Virus record (IMG/VR): IMGVR_UViG_3300045988_132725
DNA from: a virus
Reading direction: 5' to 3' (one strand)
Length of the DNA: 64,000 nucleotides
Shown in pieces: positions 1-8,858 of this stretch (position 1 is the first letter of the stretch; every line of letters starts with the position of its first letter). Position numbers and translations under genes: made by a program. The notes under the pieces were generated by a model. It saw only the letters and a list, made by a program, of their open reading frames with translations, searched no databases and was not told where the DNA came from.

Positions 1-287
1 GGATTTCCGATACCTGTCATTGGGCCTCCTTGTGGAACGATGTACTTGAAACGATCGAACAGCTCGAACAATTCCTCCTCGCTCATCGGGTTCGGGTAAT
101 TTTTTTCGATTCTAGCTATTTCTCTCGCCAACCTCCAGTGCATATCAGTAGGGGTTTTCTCATAGATGTTACCATTGGAATCCTTTAAGGCATATTTGTT
201 TACCCACACCTTTGCGGCCAATTCATCACCATCAAAATAAATTTTTGAAGCCTCTAACGCTTCGTTAAAAGTAAAAACTTGATTCAT
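1..287 (-). CDS. nrdJ: Class II (adenosylcobalamin-dependent) ribonucleotide reductase, N-terminal fragment running off the window
   Basis: Absent from the ORF track because it is open at the window edge. Minus-strand ATG at 285-287. My translation MNQVFTFNEALEASKIYFDGDELAAKVWVNKYALKDSNGNIYEKTPTDMHWRLAREIARIEKNYPNPMSEEELFELFDRFKYIVPQGGPMTGIGN matches the conserved N-terminal block of class II RNRs. Confidence 0.7.
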   Translation of the reverse strand, partial: MNQVFTFNEALEASKIYFDGDELAAKVWVNKYALKDSNGNIYEKTPTDMHWRLAREIARIEKNYPNPMSEEELFELFDRFKYIVPQGGPMTGIGN

Positions 288-288
288 C

Positions 289-576
289 TTAGTTATTATG
301 TAAGTATTGATTAAAATAGTCTGCGATCTCGTTGAAATAATGTTTTGAGGAAACATATATTATACACTCCAAGATAAGGATCGTTGGCAGATCATCTTGG
401 TTCGGGAGCTTTTGTATTACTTGTCTGGTTATGAATCTGGCGATCATCTCTCCGGGGCGATCAAACCCTTGCGTGATACGAACAGCCTTGCAAACGCTCC
501 TGTATAATTCTTCAATTGAAAATCCTACCTTGCTTCCATCTTGCTTAATTACGATCTGATTTTGGTTCAATTGCAT
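289..576 (-). CDS. Stand-alone ATP-cone domain protein
   Basis: 95 aa. IVIKQDGSKVGFSIEEL ... EIADYFNQY follows the ATP-cone pattern (VIKRDG..E.F..eKI ... A.aY..Y). Its stop TAA (289-291) lies 1 nt before the nrdJ ATG. Confidence 0.55.
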   Translation of the reverse strand: MQLNQNQIVIKQDGSKVGFSIEELYRSVCKAVRITQGFDRPGEMIARFITRQVIQKLPNQDDLPTILILECIIYVSSKHYFNEIADYFNQYLHNN

Positions 577-1255
577 TATTCCCTTGTTGTGTTTTGGTGA
601 AGTTTTTTAAATAGTCTCTTAGTTCCTCCCTAAAGGTTGGGGTGTTATTAAAACCACAACATTTAGGTTCTCCGCAGATTCCTCCTCGATAGACACATTT
701 TCGAACCATCATAGAGGCCAGCTCTGGATCTTCCCTGCTTATCACATCCTTGATAGCCAAAAAGATTTGGCGTGTCTCCGTGGAAGCTATCAAGCATAAC
801 CGTACTTTTGACATATCGATCAGTGATTGTGCGTTTACCAAAATCGACAGATTGGTTAGTGCGTTTCTTCCAGCCCTATATTTCAACTCATCCAAAAGGT
901 CGTACATCTCTTTGACCTCTTCTTCCGCTCTGTGTTCCTCTGGGATGGCTATGATCTCCACTAATCTGTCAGCTATATACGGACATTGGTCTTTTGCTCC
1001 ATGACGATCGTTTCTCATGGTCAGCTGGAATTTCTCAATCCCTATATGATGACGTACCATGTGGGAAACGGCGAATAGTGGTGCGTTTTTGATCGTTATC
1101 CAAAATAGTTGTGTTCTGGCTGGTGAGTGTTCTGATTTATAGATACTCAATAAGCTTTGGTTGCTTTTACCGATGAAAGTGGACTCACACGCCTCAAGCA
1201 TCAAGTCTCGATCAGTTAATTTTCTAACGGTAACACTAAAATTTTTGTCTAGCAT
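545..1255 (-). CDS. Divergent ThyX-like (Thy1-fold) protein
   Basis: 236 aa. EHSPARTQLFWITIKNAPLFAVSHMVRHH and VNAQSLIDMSKVRL align with the ThyX core. The RHRxxS..S.RY signature is altered (RHHIGIEKFQLTMRNDR), and a C-terminal Cys cluster CVYRGGICGEPKCCG is present. Confidence 0.55.
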   Translation of the reverse strand: MLDKNFSVTVRKLTDRDLMLEACESTFIGKSNQSLLSIYKSEHSPARTQLFWITIKNAPLFAVSHMVRHHIGIEKFQLTMRNDRHGAKDQCPYIADRLVEIIAIPEEHRAEEEVKEMYDLLDELKYRAGRNALTNLSILVNAQSLIDMSKVRLCLIASTETRQIFLAIKDVISREDPELASMMVRKCVYRGGICGEPKCCGFNNTPTFREELRDYLKNFTKTQQGNNAIEPKSDRN

Positions 1256-2133
1256 TCTTGTAAATTATAGATTTTCCATTCTCTTTTGATTAGTTTTTTG
1301 ACATCGGTTTCAAATATCTTACAAGCGATCTCGTATAATTCTGGGATCATGTTCAGAACTCGATCGATGTAATCAATTTTGTTTTTGATCTCAGGTTTGA
1401 TGGCCTGTACTTTTTCACTATTGATTCTTCGATTAAGGCTCATATGGTATTTAAGCTCGAACTCTTTATAGAGCAATCGATATCTCTTTTGGAAATCAGT
1501 AGAGTTGTATCGAACAATTTGCGTGATCCTTTGGCGCTTTTCTGCCAATTCGATATCTTCAGTCAAACCCTCAATCACGTCTGATTTATGAGAGATAACT
1601 TCTTTCTGTTTTATATTCTCCGCTTGAAGAGCTTGTTTTTGTTTCTCTGACACAATAAGTGCTTCAAGCGCCTCTATGTAATTTTGAGGTAAGACAACAG
1701 CTGCTTTTTGCTTTTCTAACTCTAGCTCTTCCCATCGATCTATTATTTTTGCTCTTAGTTGGATATTATATCCACTAGCAAGAAGAAGACACGCTTTCTT
1801 ATTTAATTCATATTTAGGTCTTGTTTCTCCTTTTTTATCTATATATTCAGATATTTTGAAAATATATTCTGAAATCTTGTTTTGGGAAGTTGCAAAATTA
1901 TAAATAGCATCAATAGTTATATCGGATAGGTATTTATATTGTGTTCTATCAGATCTATGATAATCTTTCTTGATTTCATCAACGGGTACAGATCTGTACC
2001 CGTATGATTTGTTCAGATTATCAATTAGATTGCGTATATCTCGCATTACAATCTTATGTTCTTTGCCAGTTGTTTCCGCAATTTCAAGAGAACTCATCGT
2101 CTCTTTGATTGATAAATAATTCACATCATTCAT
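1249..2133 (-). CDS. Rha-family phage regulatory protein
   Basis: 294 aa. N-terminal SSLEIAETTGKEHKIVMRDIRNLI is the Rha motif. The C-terminal half is coiled-coil and antirepressor-like. Confidence 0.7.
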   Translation of the reverse strand: MNDVNYLSIKETMSSLEIAETTGKEHKIVMRDIRNLIDNLNKSYGYRSVPVDEIKKDYHRSDRTQYKYLSDITIDAIYNFATSQNKISEYIFKISEYIDKKGETRPKYELNKKACLLLASGYNIQLRAKIIDRWEELELEKQKAAVVLPQNYIEALEALIVSEKQKQALQAENIKQKEVISHKSDVIEGLTEDIELAEKRQRITQIVRYNSTDFQKRYRLLYKEFELKYHMSLNRRINSEKVQAIKPEIKNKIDYIDRVLNMIPELYEIACKIFETDVKKLIKREWKIYNLQEC

Positions 2134-2579
2134 TTGTTTTTTGATTTTTGAAAATAGTTAGTTGACACCGTGCATCTAATCTCATGCCGGTACAAACTTT
2201 ATAAAATATCTATGGTGGGGTCGAAAGATGGTAGGGTGCATCTTATCGTCAGTGTATAGGAGGGAATGAAACCGGGAATGCGTGAGTCAAATAGGATAAA
2301 ACGACAACGGAAGTATCTCCGTCAAAATTATTCGTTCCCGGTATTTTTTAAGCTCTAAGTCATAATCGTTCTCTTTTTTAGTTAACTTAATTTTGTAAAA
2401 AAAACATCCTTCCTCGAAAGAAAGTCTTGCAAAAGTATACGGAAGTTTTTTAATATACAAGCTTTATTTGAAAAATATTTCAATCATCAAAAAATCATTA
2501 TCTTAGATTTTAAAATGTCACTCCTCCTTCCATCCCTCTTCGGAGAGGGATTATAGGGAGAGGTTTTTATATTCTTTTA

Positions 2580-2594
2580 TTTACTTTACTTTAC
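2580..2594. repeat. (TTTAC)x3 tandem pentamer
   Basis: Read directly: tttac tttac tttac followed by tttg. Confidence 0.9.
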
Positions 2595-2608
2595 TTTGTG
2601 TACTTCGG

Positions 2609-2661
2609 ACGGAATTAATCGAGTTTCCTGAGGTAATAATCGAGTTATTGACGGAATTAAT
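2609..2661. repeat. Interleaved direct repeats ACGGAATTAAT (x2) and AATCGAGTT (x2), possible regulator binding array
   Basis: ACGGAATTAAT at 2609-2619 and 2651-2661. AATCGAGTT at 2617-2625 and 2638-2646. Confidence 0.6.
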
Positions 2662-2678
2662 TATTTGACCCTAGAAGA

Positions 2679-2712
2679 CGAAAAAAGGAGCACCTATAAA
2701 AAGATGCTCCTT
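2679..2712 (-). terminator. Intrinsic terminator after the 140-aa gene
   Basis: Stem AAGGAGCA / TGCTCCTT (2685-2692 / 2705-2712), with a U-run on the minus strand (plus-strand A-run 2679-2686). Confidence 0.6.
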
Positions 2713-2716
2713 GTTG

Positions 2717-3139
2717 TCATGAAAAAAATGTATCTGTCTTTTTTCTTTGTTCGATATAGCGTTTCATTTGGTTGCTCTGAAGACGTTCGTAATATTCTTT
2801 CTTTACTGGTGTCATTCGTTTTGGTTTGGAAGTACATAGCTTGTTCGTTTTGTACTCGTCCATATACCGATAGAATTTATTTTTTTGGAAGACTGGGTTA
2901 GGGGAAGCGAGCGTGATAGCTTCTATGATTTTCATCGTAGGTTCCGGAAAAACCCCTTTTGGGGTGGATGCCATGATCAGCTCATATTCGATCGGAGCCT
3001 CGTATTTCAAGAAGAAACCCAATTTAGTCTCATCAAAGTGCCTTTTTTTTCTGGTTCCCTTTGGCCTTCCTTGTTTTCCCGTGGGTTTCCCTTTCGTTGT
3101 TATTCTGATTCCGTTCTTCAGTAATGGTTTTGTTGCCAT
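2717..3139 (-). CDS. Hypothetical basic protein with AT-hook-like GRPKG motif
   Basis: 140 aa. N-terminus KGKPTGKQGRPKGTRKKR. No other recognisable domain. Confidence 0.5.
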   Translation of the reverse strand: MATKPLLKNGIRITTKGKPTGKQGRPKGTRKKRHFDETKLGFFLKYEAPIEYELIMASTPKGVFPEPTMKIIEAITLASPNPVFQKNKFYRYMDEYKTNKLCTSKPKRMTPVKKEYYERLQSNQMKRYIEQRKKTDTFFS

Positions 3140-3187
3140 GATTGCTTAAATGGTTCAAGTCGTTATTTATGTTGTATTTTCTCATGA

Positions 3188-5152
3188 TTATAAATATTCG
3201 TTAGCATTCGCTGGTTTTTGTTTGGTTACGTATGTACAGTGAAACCTAACCGCTCTTCCTTGTTTATCTGGCCAGTAATGTATTGGACAGGTAACAGTCC
3301 TATCATTAGCTTGACATTCCCACACAAGCCCGTAATTTATATCTTCCTTTCCAATTCCCGTGTTTATTGTACCGCATATATAAGTGGCTGGAGCACCAAT
3401 ACTGTTAGGGATCACAAACCAATTCCCCGCATTTCCTTTTGGCTCTATCATACCTCCAACCGATACTACACCTCCAACTTGTACGAATGTCAAACCATTA
3501 CCGGGTTGAGCCGTACAGATTCCAGTGGTTGATTTTAAAGCGTATTTTGTATCAAGCCCCTTCATTTCTTCTTGGACTATCTTACGAACCCCTTGATCCG
3601 CAGGAGAATCTCCTATCTTGGCTGCATCAATCAAGTTCCTTATCGCTGCCTTCTCCGTATCGGTTAATGTAGGTAAATCTTTAAGTTTCTCATTCTTCCT
3701 AAGATAAGCGGAATCGCATTCATTTTTGGAATACACGTTAAGGTTATTTCGTCCAACGGCCTTGTCTTGTACATCGCTAAGGTTATTGGCTGCTTTTAAG
3801 GCTCCACTTACAGCTTGGTTTATATCATCACCATTTGCGTAATCATCTGGGTTGATCCTATCGAGCTTGGCTTTGTACGTTGATGTGAAATTTTCGTCAG
3901 ACAATACCTTTCCGGATACAGCATTCACTTTCTTGTCCAATCCCTCATCGACATAGTTTTTAGAGGCATATTTAGATGAAAGTGTTTCTCCATTGTTTTG
4001 TAATTCTCCGACAACATTTACTTTAGTGCCTTGTAATGTGATATTTCCGCTTAAATGATGTTTGATTCTTAGATCATTCTGAGAGGTCTCAGAGAAACCT
4101 ACGGTTCCCATAATGACACCGTCCTTATCTTTCCACGCTATTGATTTTATATATGATGACTCTCCGTATTTATGGGCCGTATCACGGAAGACCAAGCCGA
4201 ACTCGTTTGTAGATTCCTCATTGATCGTGCAATACGAGTAGTTCATGTTCAACGCTCCGTCTGACCGGAACAATAATTTTCCCTTACCATTGTAGATATT
4301 GAGATGTCTTGGCTTGGTCGCTCCAGCATTATAACCGCTTCTATTGATATTTAAGGAACCATTTTCACTATTGTCAAAATAATTATAAATATCTGTCCCC
4401 GATATAAGTAATTCGCTAGTCCTTATCTCATTGGTCATTAATTCATTGATGGCCACGTTGCTTGGAGTAATCACCAGTTTCTCTATACCATCAGACATAA
4501 AACGTGTCACACCATCGAAACCGAACAACAGCTTACTTAACTCCTTGCCATTTTTCAAGAATGTGAATTGAGCGTTTCCTTCAGATGTTATTTTTTCTTC
4601 GATCTCAACTTGCTTATTTGGATTCTTGATCGAGAAGCTGGAATCATTGACAATATTCCCCTTTACATACAAGTCTTTCTCCATCACGATGTTTTTAGAG
4701 ATGGTTTGTTGTTCAAAGGAACTGTCGAGCGTTACGGCATACTTTCCAAAGAATTCATCCTTTAATCGAGGGATATAAGTACTTGTGATCTTGATATATT
4801 GTCGCCCATCTAATGGCATTTCACCAACCCCTTCGCATCCATACTCTATATATCCTAACTGTGTTGGGTTTTGAGCGTATGAAACATCATATGGCTCATT
4901 TTTTTCCACTATATAGAATGGAGTTGAAAGATCTATTGTCTTTCCTTCAAAGTGACGGATTTTTCCATTAATATATACATATCCTGCCGATATGCTTAAA
5001 TTCGTATTAGTCCCCGAAGTCTTGCAACCAGATACTATGAAATTCTTACATCCATCAAAAATAGATGCTAAGGACAGTGATAATTCTTGGAGACCGATAA
5101 AATCTTCTATATAGGTATACCGACCTCCTGTTTTTGCTACGTATTCTCTCAT
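3188..5152 (-). CDS. Tail fibre / receptor-binding protein
   Basis: 654 aa. It is the last gene of the baseplate-fibre block. It carries the fibre-shaft motif NNLSDVQDKAVGRNNLNVYSK, is Gly/Asn/Ser/Thr-rich, and its start overlaps the stop of the upstream gene. Confidence 0.65.
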   Translation of the reverse strand: MREYVAKTGGRYTYIEDFIGLQELSLSLASIFDGCKNFIVSGCKTSGTNTNLSISAGYVYINGKIRHFEGKTIDLSTPFYIVEKNEPYDVSYAQNPTQLGYIEYGCEGVGEMPLDGRQYIKITSTYIPRLKDEFFGKYAVTLDSSFEQQTISKNIVMEKDLYVKGNIVNDSSFSIKNPNKQVEIEEKITSEGNAQFTFLKNGKELSKLLFGFDGVTRFMSDGIEKLVITPSNVAINELMTNEIRTSELLISGTDIYNYFDNSENGSLNINRSGYNAGATKPRHLNIYNGKGKLLFRSDGALNMNYSYCTINEESTNEFGLVFRDTAHKYGESSYIKSIAWKDKDGVIMGTVGFSETSQNDLRIKHHLSGNITLQGTKVNVVGELQNNGETLSSKYASKNYVDEGLDKKVNAVSGKVLSDENFTSTYKAKLDRINPDDYANGDDINQAVSGALKAANNLSDVQDKAVGRNNLNVYSKNECDSAYLRKNEKLKDLPTLTDTEKAAIRNLIDAAKIGDSPADQGVRKIVQEEMKGLDTKYALKSTTGICTAQPGNGLTFVQVGGVVSVGGMIEPKGNAGNWFVIPNSIGAPATYICGTINTGIGKEDINYGLVWECQANDRTVTCPIHYWPDKQGRAVRFHCTYVTKQKPANANEYL

Positions 5153-5694
5153 TTTGGTTCTGATATTTTAATTTGAAATGTTTTGCCAGCGATCCTGTAC
5201 TCTTTGATCGTATTGGCTATCATGGGCACGAACTCCTCTTGTGGGATATTTATCTCTGGAACAGATATACTAAAGCTTGCCTTGTTGATGGTAAGATTCT
5301 CTTGCCGGTAATAAAACAGTTTGGGTTCCTCATCCGTTCCTATGACTGAATCCCAATCATCATCAATACTCCATACCGTACAAGGTGTAAGGTTTGGGTC
5401 TTTTTCTCTGTATATAGGAACGCCAATATCGATAGCGTCCTCGATTTCTATAGAATTATCCTTATCCACGAAATATTTTCTATATTTCTGATTCAAGTAC
5501 CATCTAAATAGGATCACTTGACTCGTCATGGATGCCTCGATCTTTTTCTCCCTTGCGAAATCAAGAAACTTGGAGTTGGTTTTTTGCAAGGGAGATACCA
5601 ACGACTGAAGGAATAGCACGTATTTTCTGTTCCTGAGAAAGTATGGAACAAGCATATTGACCAGCCTGTCAAAATTTATGGAATACCTGCTCAT
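5149..5694 (-). CDS. Baseplate-associated protein (hypothetical)
   Basis: 181 aa, translationally coupled (4-nt overlaps) between the J-like and fibre genes. Called by position only. Confidence 0.4.
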   Translation of the reverse strand: MSRYSINFDRLVNMLVPYFLRNRKYVLFLQSLVSPLQKTNSKFLDFAREKKIEASMTSQVILFRWYLNQKYRKYFVDKDNSIEIEDAIDIGVPIYREKDPNLTPCTVWSIDDDWDSVIGTDEEPKLFYYRQENLTINKASFSISVPEINIPQEEFVPMIANTIKEYRIAGKTFQIKISEPK

Positions 5695-6578
5695 AACGAA
5701 TCAACCTTTAATACGATAGATTCACGGAAGTTAGGAATATCCTTCTCTTCTCCCTCCTTGGATGATTCCCTAAGAAAACCAGAGCTTGCATATGTCATTC
5801 TTCCGACTCTCTTCTCCTCAGATTGGGTTCCATCGCTCTCATATGATACGATATACACCCCTTGTTGAGGTACAGCGTTTACGTCCATATATACGTCAGT
5901 TACATGCTCGACAGCCATCAAACAACTTACGATACTGGATACATAGATCGCCGAGTTGAATTTTGTCTCCATGATGAATTTGTTCAAGGCATCGTCAAGC
6001 GCACTTCTCATTGTCTCTTCCATTACGCTACCATCATAAAAGACAGTAAGTCGTGGAATGATTATATCGCCTTTCCTGCTAACCACCTCTATATAAGTCC
6101 CGGCGAACTTAATCTGATTGATATAAGCGGTAACTTGCGTCAATTGATCTTCAGTGAGAGGGGATAGTTTTCCGTTGGTTCCAGTGGCTACTTTCAAGAT
6201 GAGCTTCGTGTCAAGGCTCTGAGGATTGCTACTCTCTTGGTAAGATGCTTGCGTGATGATTCTTTTTGTCTCGTCTGTCTTTTCATACCCAAATCCCAAT
6301 CCGTCATCCTTAATTTTTAGTTTGTCACCATGTTGATATTTCAACGCTGCATTGACATAGTAGGAAGGAGTTCCATTGATCCTGTCCTTGATGATATCAT
6401 TGATATCAACAATAAACGTGTCCATGATTGTCTCGAAAGAATAGATAGCGGCCGAGACGAACCACGCTATCCCGTTAATGACGGATACTTTGGAATCGCT
6501 CTTGTATTCGGATAATTCAAGGCGCTTGTCCTTTTCCGCTACGATCTCTTTGTATATCTCATTTATGCTTCTTGCCAT
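5691..6578 (-). CDS. Baseplate J-like wedge protein
   Basis: 295 aa. Size, position and N-terminal pattern (SINEIYKEIVAEKDKRLEL..) resemble baseplate J / Mu gp47-type proteins. Confidence 0.45.
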   Translation of the reverse strand: MARSINEIYKEIVAEKDKRLELSEYKSDSKVSVINGIAWFVSAAIYSFETIMDTFIVDINDIIKDRINGTPSYYVNAALKYQHGDKLKIKDDGLGFGYEKTDETKRIITQASYQESSNPQSLDTKLILKVATGTNGKLSPLTEDQLTQVTAYINQIKFAGTYIEVVSRKGDIIIPRLTVFYDGSVMEETMRSALDDALNKFIMETKFNSAIYVSSIVSCLMAVEHVTDVYMDVNAVPQQGVYIVSYESDGTQSEEKRVGRMTYASSGFLRESSKEGEEKDIPNFRESIVLKVDSL

Positions 6579-6580
6579 TG

Positions 6581-7507
6581 TTAAATCGTATATGTTTTAT
6601 TGTTTAGGATTATTTTCCAAGGACCACTTGATTCCTTATGCTCGTTAACCAATACCCAGATAGCCTCCATCCCGCTTTTTGGATGGAGTAGGACATCCGG
6701 CTTCTTGTACTCTCCGGATGGCAATGTTGAGCCGACAAGATTTATGGTGCAATTCCTCCTTATCCCATAATTTTCGACAAGCCCGATAAGATACTTATCC
6801 ATGACACCAGACCCGATATTGCAATAACCTAAATTTATGGTGTGAGCATTTTTAAAACCGATGAGAGGGGAAAGGTCGTTAAGCCTGCATTTTGTGAATC
6901 CTACCTCTATTAATCCATTTGTGTCTACCATCTGCATGAAATCAATTCCTGACAGTTTCGTGGCCCCGTTGATCTTTATGGTTTCCATATGCAGGGGAGC
7001 GAAAGATAATATCTTGTTAGGATACAAGTCTGATAAGTCCAAATCATATAGTTTGAAATCACCGAACAATCTTATTCTCCTGTCTACGGTTGTATCGCTC
7101 GTAAGTATGTGACTGTAATATTTATAAGAGCTGGAAAGCGTTATTCTCTCGATCTCAGCATTGTCTCCCCAATCAACATATATATCACCCTCTCCAGAAG
7201 CGCTGATTCCTATCATCTTCTTGTCTGAGGAACAATATATTTGCATCCTTATATTGGTATGCTCTTTGAAATATATGTCACCAATCCTATTAGAGGGAAC
7301 GATATTGTTGCTTTTGTAATATTGAAGTACCGTTTGATCCTCGTAATAATATGGCGTATATTGTAACCTGTCGCCGCTTTTAATCTCAGAATCGATCGAT
7401 AGGGTAGGGTTGTTCACCATTAAATCCAGCAAGCCCTCTATCGATCCGTATAGAGATAACGCTACATCAAAAAGGTTCTGTCCTGTTTGTACCGTGTACT
7501 CAGCCAT
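6581..7507 (-). CDS. LysM-like N-terminal domain baseplate/tail protein
   Basis: 308 aa. YTVQTGQNLFDVALSLYGSIEGLLDLMVNNP ... GDRLQY matches the LysM / tail-protein-X pattern. Confidence 0.5.
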   Translation of the reverse strand: MAEYTVQTGQNLFDVALSLYGSIEGLLDLMVNNPTLSIDSEIKSGDRLQYTPYYYEDQTVLQYYKSNNIVPSNRIGDIYFKEHTNIRMQIYCSSDKKMIGISASGEGDIYVDWGDNAEIERITLSSSYKYYSHILTSDTTVDRRIRLFGDFKLYDLDLSDLYPNKILSFAPLHMETIKINGATKLSGIDFMQMVDTNGLIEVGFTKCRLNDLSPLIGFKNAHTINLGYCNIGSGVMDKYLIGLVENYGIRRNCTINLVGSTLPSGEYKKPDVLLHPKSGMEAIWVLVNEHKESSGPWKIILNNKTYTI

Positions 7508-7508
7508 G

Positions 7509-8162
7509 TTATATCTCCTCTCTCGCTTTAATGGCTATCTGTCCAGTTTCGGAGTCTATGTTAACTTCCTCGACAAACATCTTATCTCGGTTAAACTCCT
7601 CCTTGATCTTGATTCCTAAGCTGGAATCGTTAATATTACCGTTAAGGTATTCTTGGAGCGCTATCCCTGTAGTAGGATATTGATAGAGGTTCCCGGCGTA
7701 GCTTTTCAGTAGATAGGACTCGTTTTGCTCAAGCGACTCGCATAAGGATAGATCGTAAGAATACATGTCCGACACATACACTTGATTATCTATTAGATTG
7801 AAACAATAGCAGAATCGATCCGATATGACAGGGAGCGTGGATGCGTATACCTCTTTGTCATTTAAGTCCTTAACCGTATAATACTCGCTGTTGTCGATAG
7901 GGTTAAGGATCGGGTAAGCGTTATTGGACCCATCTATAGCCCAAAATGACATCTTTATCTTTTTATATTTCAAGCAAGCCGGGATATATACGCCAACACC
8001 TTCCTCCAAGTCATTATTCTGGAAGTTACTCTTGAATTGACACTTTCCATACAAATAATAATCATCCTCTTTCTCCCAAGAAAAATCAACCATATACCGA
8101 GGAGTCCTTTCCGATAGGGATAGGTCTCCGGTATCAAAATCTACCGCAATATCTGTTCTCAT
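7509..8162 (-). CDS. Hypothetical structural protein
   Basis: 217-aa ORF in the structural operon, preceded by the structural-gene box. Confidence 0.5.
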   Translation of the reverse strand: MRTDIAVDFDTGDLSLSERTPRYMVDFSWEKEDDYYLYGKCQFKSNFQNNDLEEGVGVYIPACLKYKKIKMSFWAIDGSNNAYPILNPIDNSEYYTVKDLNDKEVYASTLPVISDRFCYCFNLIDNQVYVSDMYSYDLSLCESLEQNESYLLKSYAGNLYQYPTTGIALQEYLNGNINDSSLGIKIKEEFNRDKMFVEEVNIDSETGQIAIKAREEI

Positions 8163-8175
8163 ATTCTTTATCGTT

Positions 8176-8191
8176 GTTTATTAAGATTAGG
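8176..8191 (-). promoter_or_regulatory. Structural-gene box (minus sense CCTAATCTTAATAAAC)
   Basis: One of seven related boxes. It lies about 20 nt upstream of the ATG at 8162 and immediately after a terminator. Confidence 0.4.
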
Positions 8192-8213
8192 TTATATATT
8201 GTTGTTTTGTTGA

Positions 8214-8252
8214 TACAAAAAAGGGGAGAAAAGCTTGTTCGCTAATCTCCCC
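8214..8252 (-). terminator. Intrinsic terminator
   Basis: Stem GGGGAGA / TCTCCCC (8223-8229 / 8246-8252), followed on the minus strand by a U-run. Confidence 0.65.
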
Positions 8253-8474
8253 ATGCCATAGTGGTCTTGGTTTTTTGATTAATCTACCCTTGCCTCCCCT
8301 GTTAAAGATGAATAAGTTAGTGGTGTTCGTTCACGCATATTACAGAACTCGTTTCGGTAGAACTGAGTATGTGAGACAACACTATCGTTCATTGCCTCGT
8401 AGATAGAAGTTGTAATTTACCTTAATAGTGAATGGGAAAAGAAGGTTGGATTTACACCAGTCGGTCTTTTAAAG

Positions 8475-8858
8475 TTAAGGTTGTGGTTTTTGGAGTGGTG
8501 CTTTAGGGATCGCCTTGCTGTTATCCACCAATTGGGCGCATTCATTGAACACACGTTCGACAAATTCCCATACGTCATCCGTGAACTCTTTCTCTGAGGC
8601 TCCCTCACAAGCCTCGTTAAGGTATTTGGCTAGGTCCTTGGTGATCTCCAACTCGATCGGGTTCTCTTGGTCTATCTGAGGATTCCAAGAGATAGATCCC
8701 GTTTCCTCGTCTTGCTTGATCTGGTACTTATCATTATCTTCCTCCGATAACTGTACTTGTTTCACCAGTTCTTTTTTCAAGTTATACGTCTTATAGTCCA
8801 CCGGTTTTTGTGGTAAAAGGTTCAAGAGATAGAACCTGTCTTTAACGAATAGTTTCAT
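8475..8858 (-). CDS. Hypothetical acidic protein
   Basis: 127-aa ORF with protein-like composition. The overlapping 63-aa ORF at 8417-8608 is judged spurious. Confidence 0.5.
   Translation of the reverse strand: MKLFVKDRFYLLNLLPQKPVDYKTYNLKKELVKQVQLSEEDNDKYQIKQDEETGSISWNPQIDQENPIELEITKDLAKYLNEACEGASEKEFTDDVWEFVERVFNECAQLVDNSKAIPKAPLQKPQP

Noticed and set aside
2210-2350. G-rich segment near the B12-dependent RNR considered as a cobalamin riboswitch.
   Set aside because: It is on the opposite strand from nrdJ and separated from it by three genes. I could not find the B12-box or conserved core strings.
2580-2594. Checked the whole window for CRISPR arrays, tRNAs (T-loop GGTTCGAAT-type strings), rRNA and IS/transposase genes.
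   Set aside because: Only very short tandem repeats such as (TTTAC)x3 were seen. There is no repeat-spacer periodicity, no cloverleaf candidates and no transposase-like ORFs. A tRNAscan-SE run would be needed to exclude tRNAs formally.
8308-8406. 32-aa plus-strand ORF MNKLVVFVHAYYRTRFGRTEYVRQHYRSLPRR in the gap between 8252 and 8475.
   Set aside because: The H..YR..G....V..HYR pattern is reminiscent of small phage peptides. However, the ORF is tiny, opposite to the surrounding operon, and has no visible promoter, so support is too weak.
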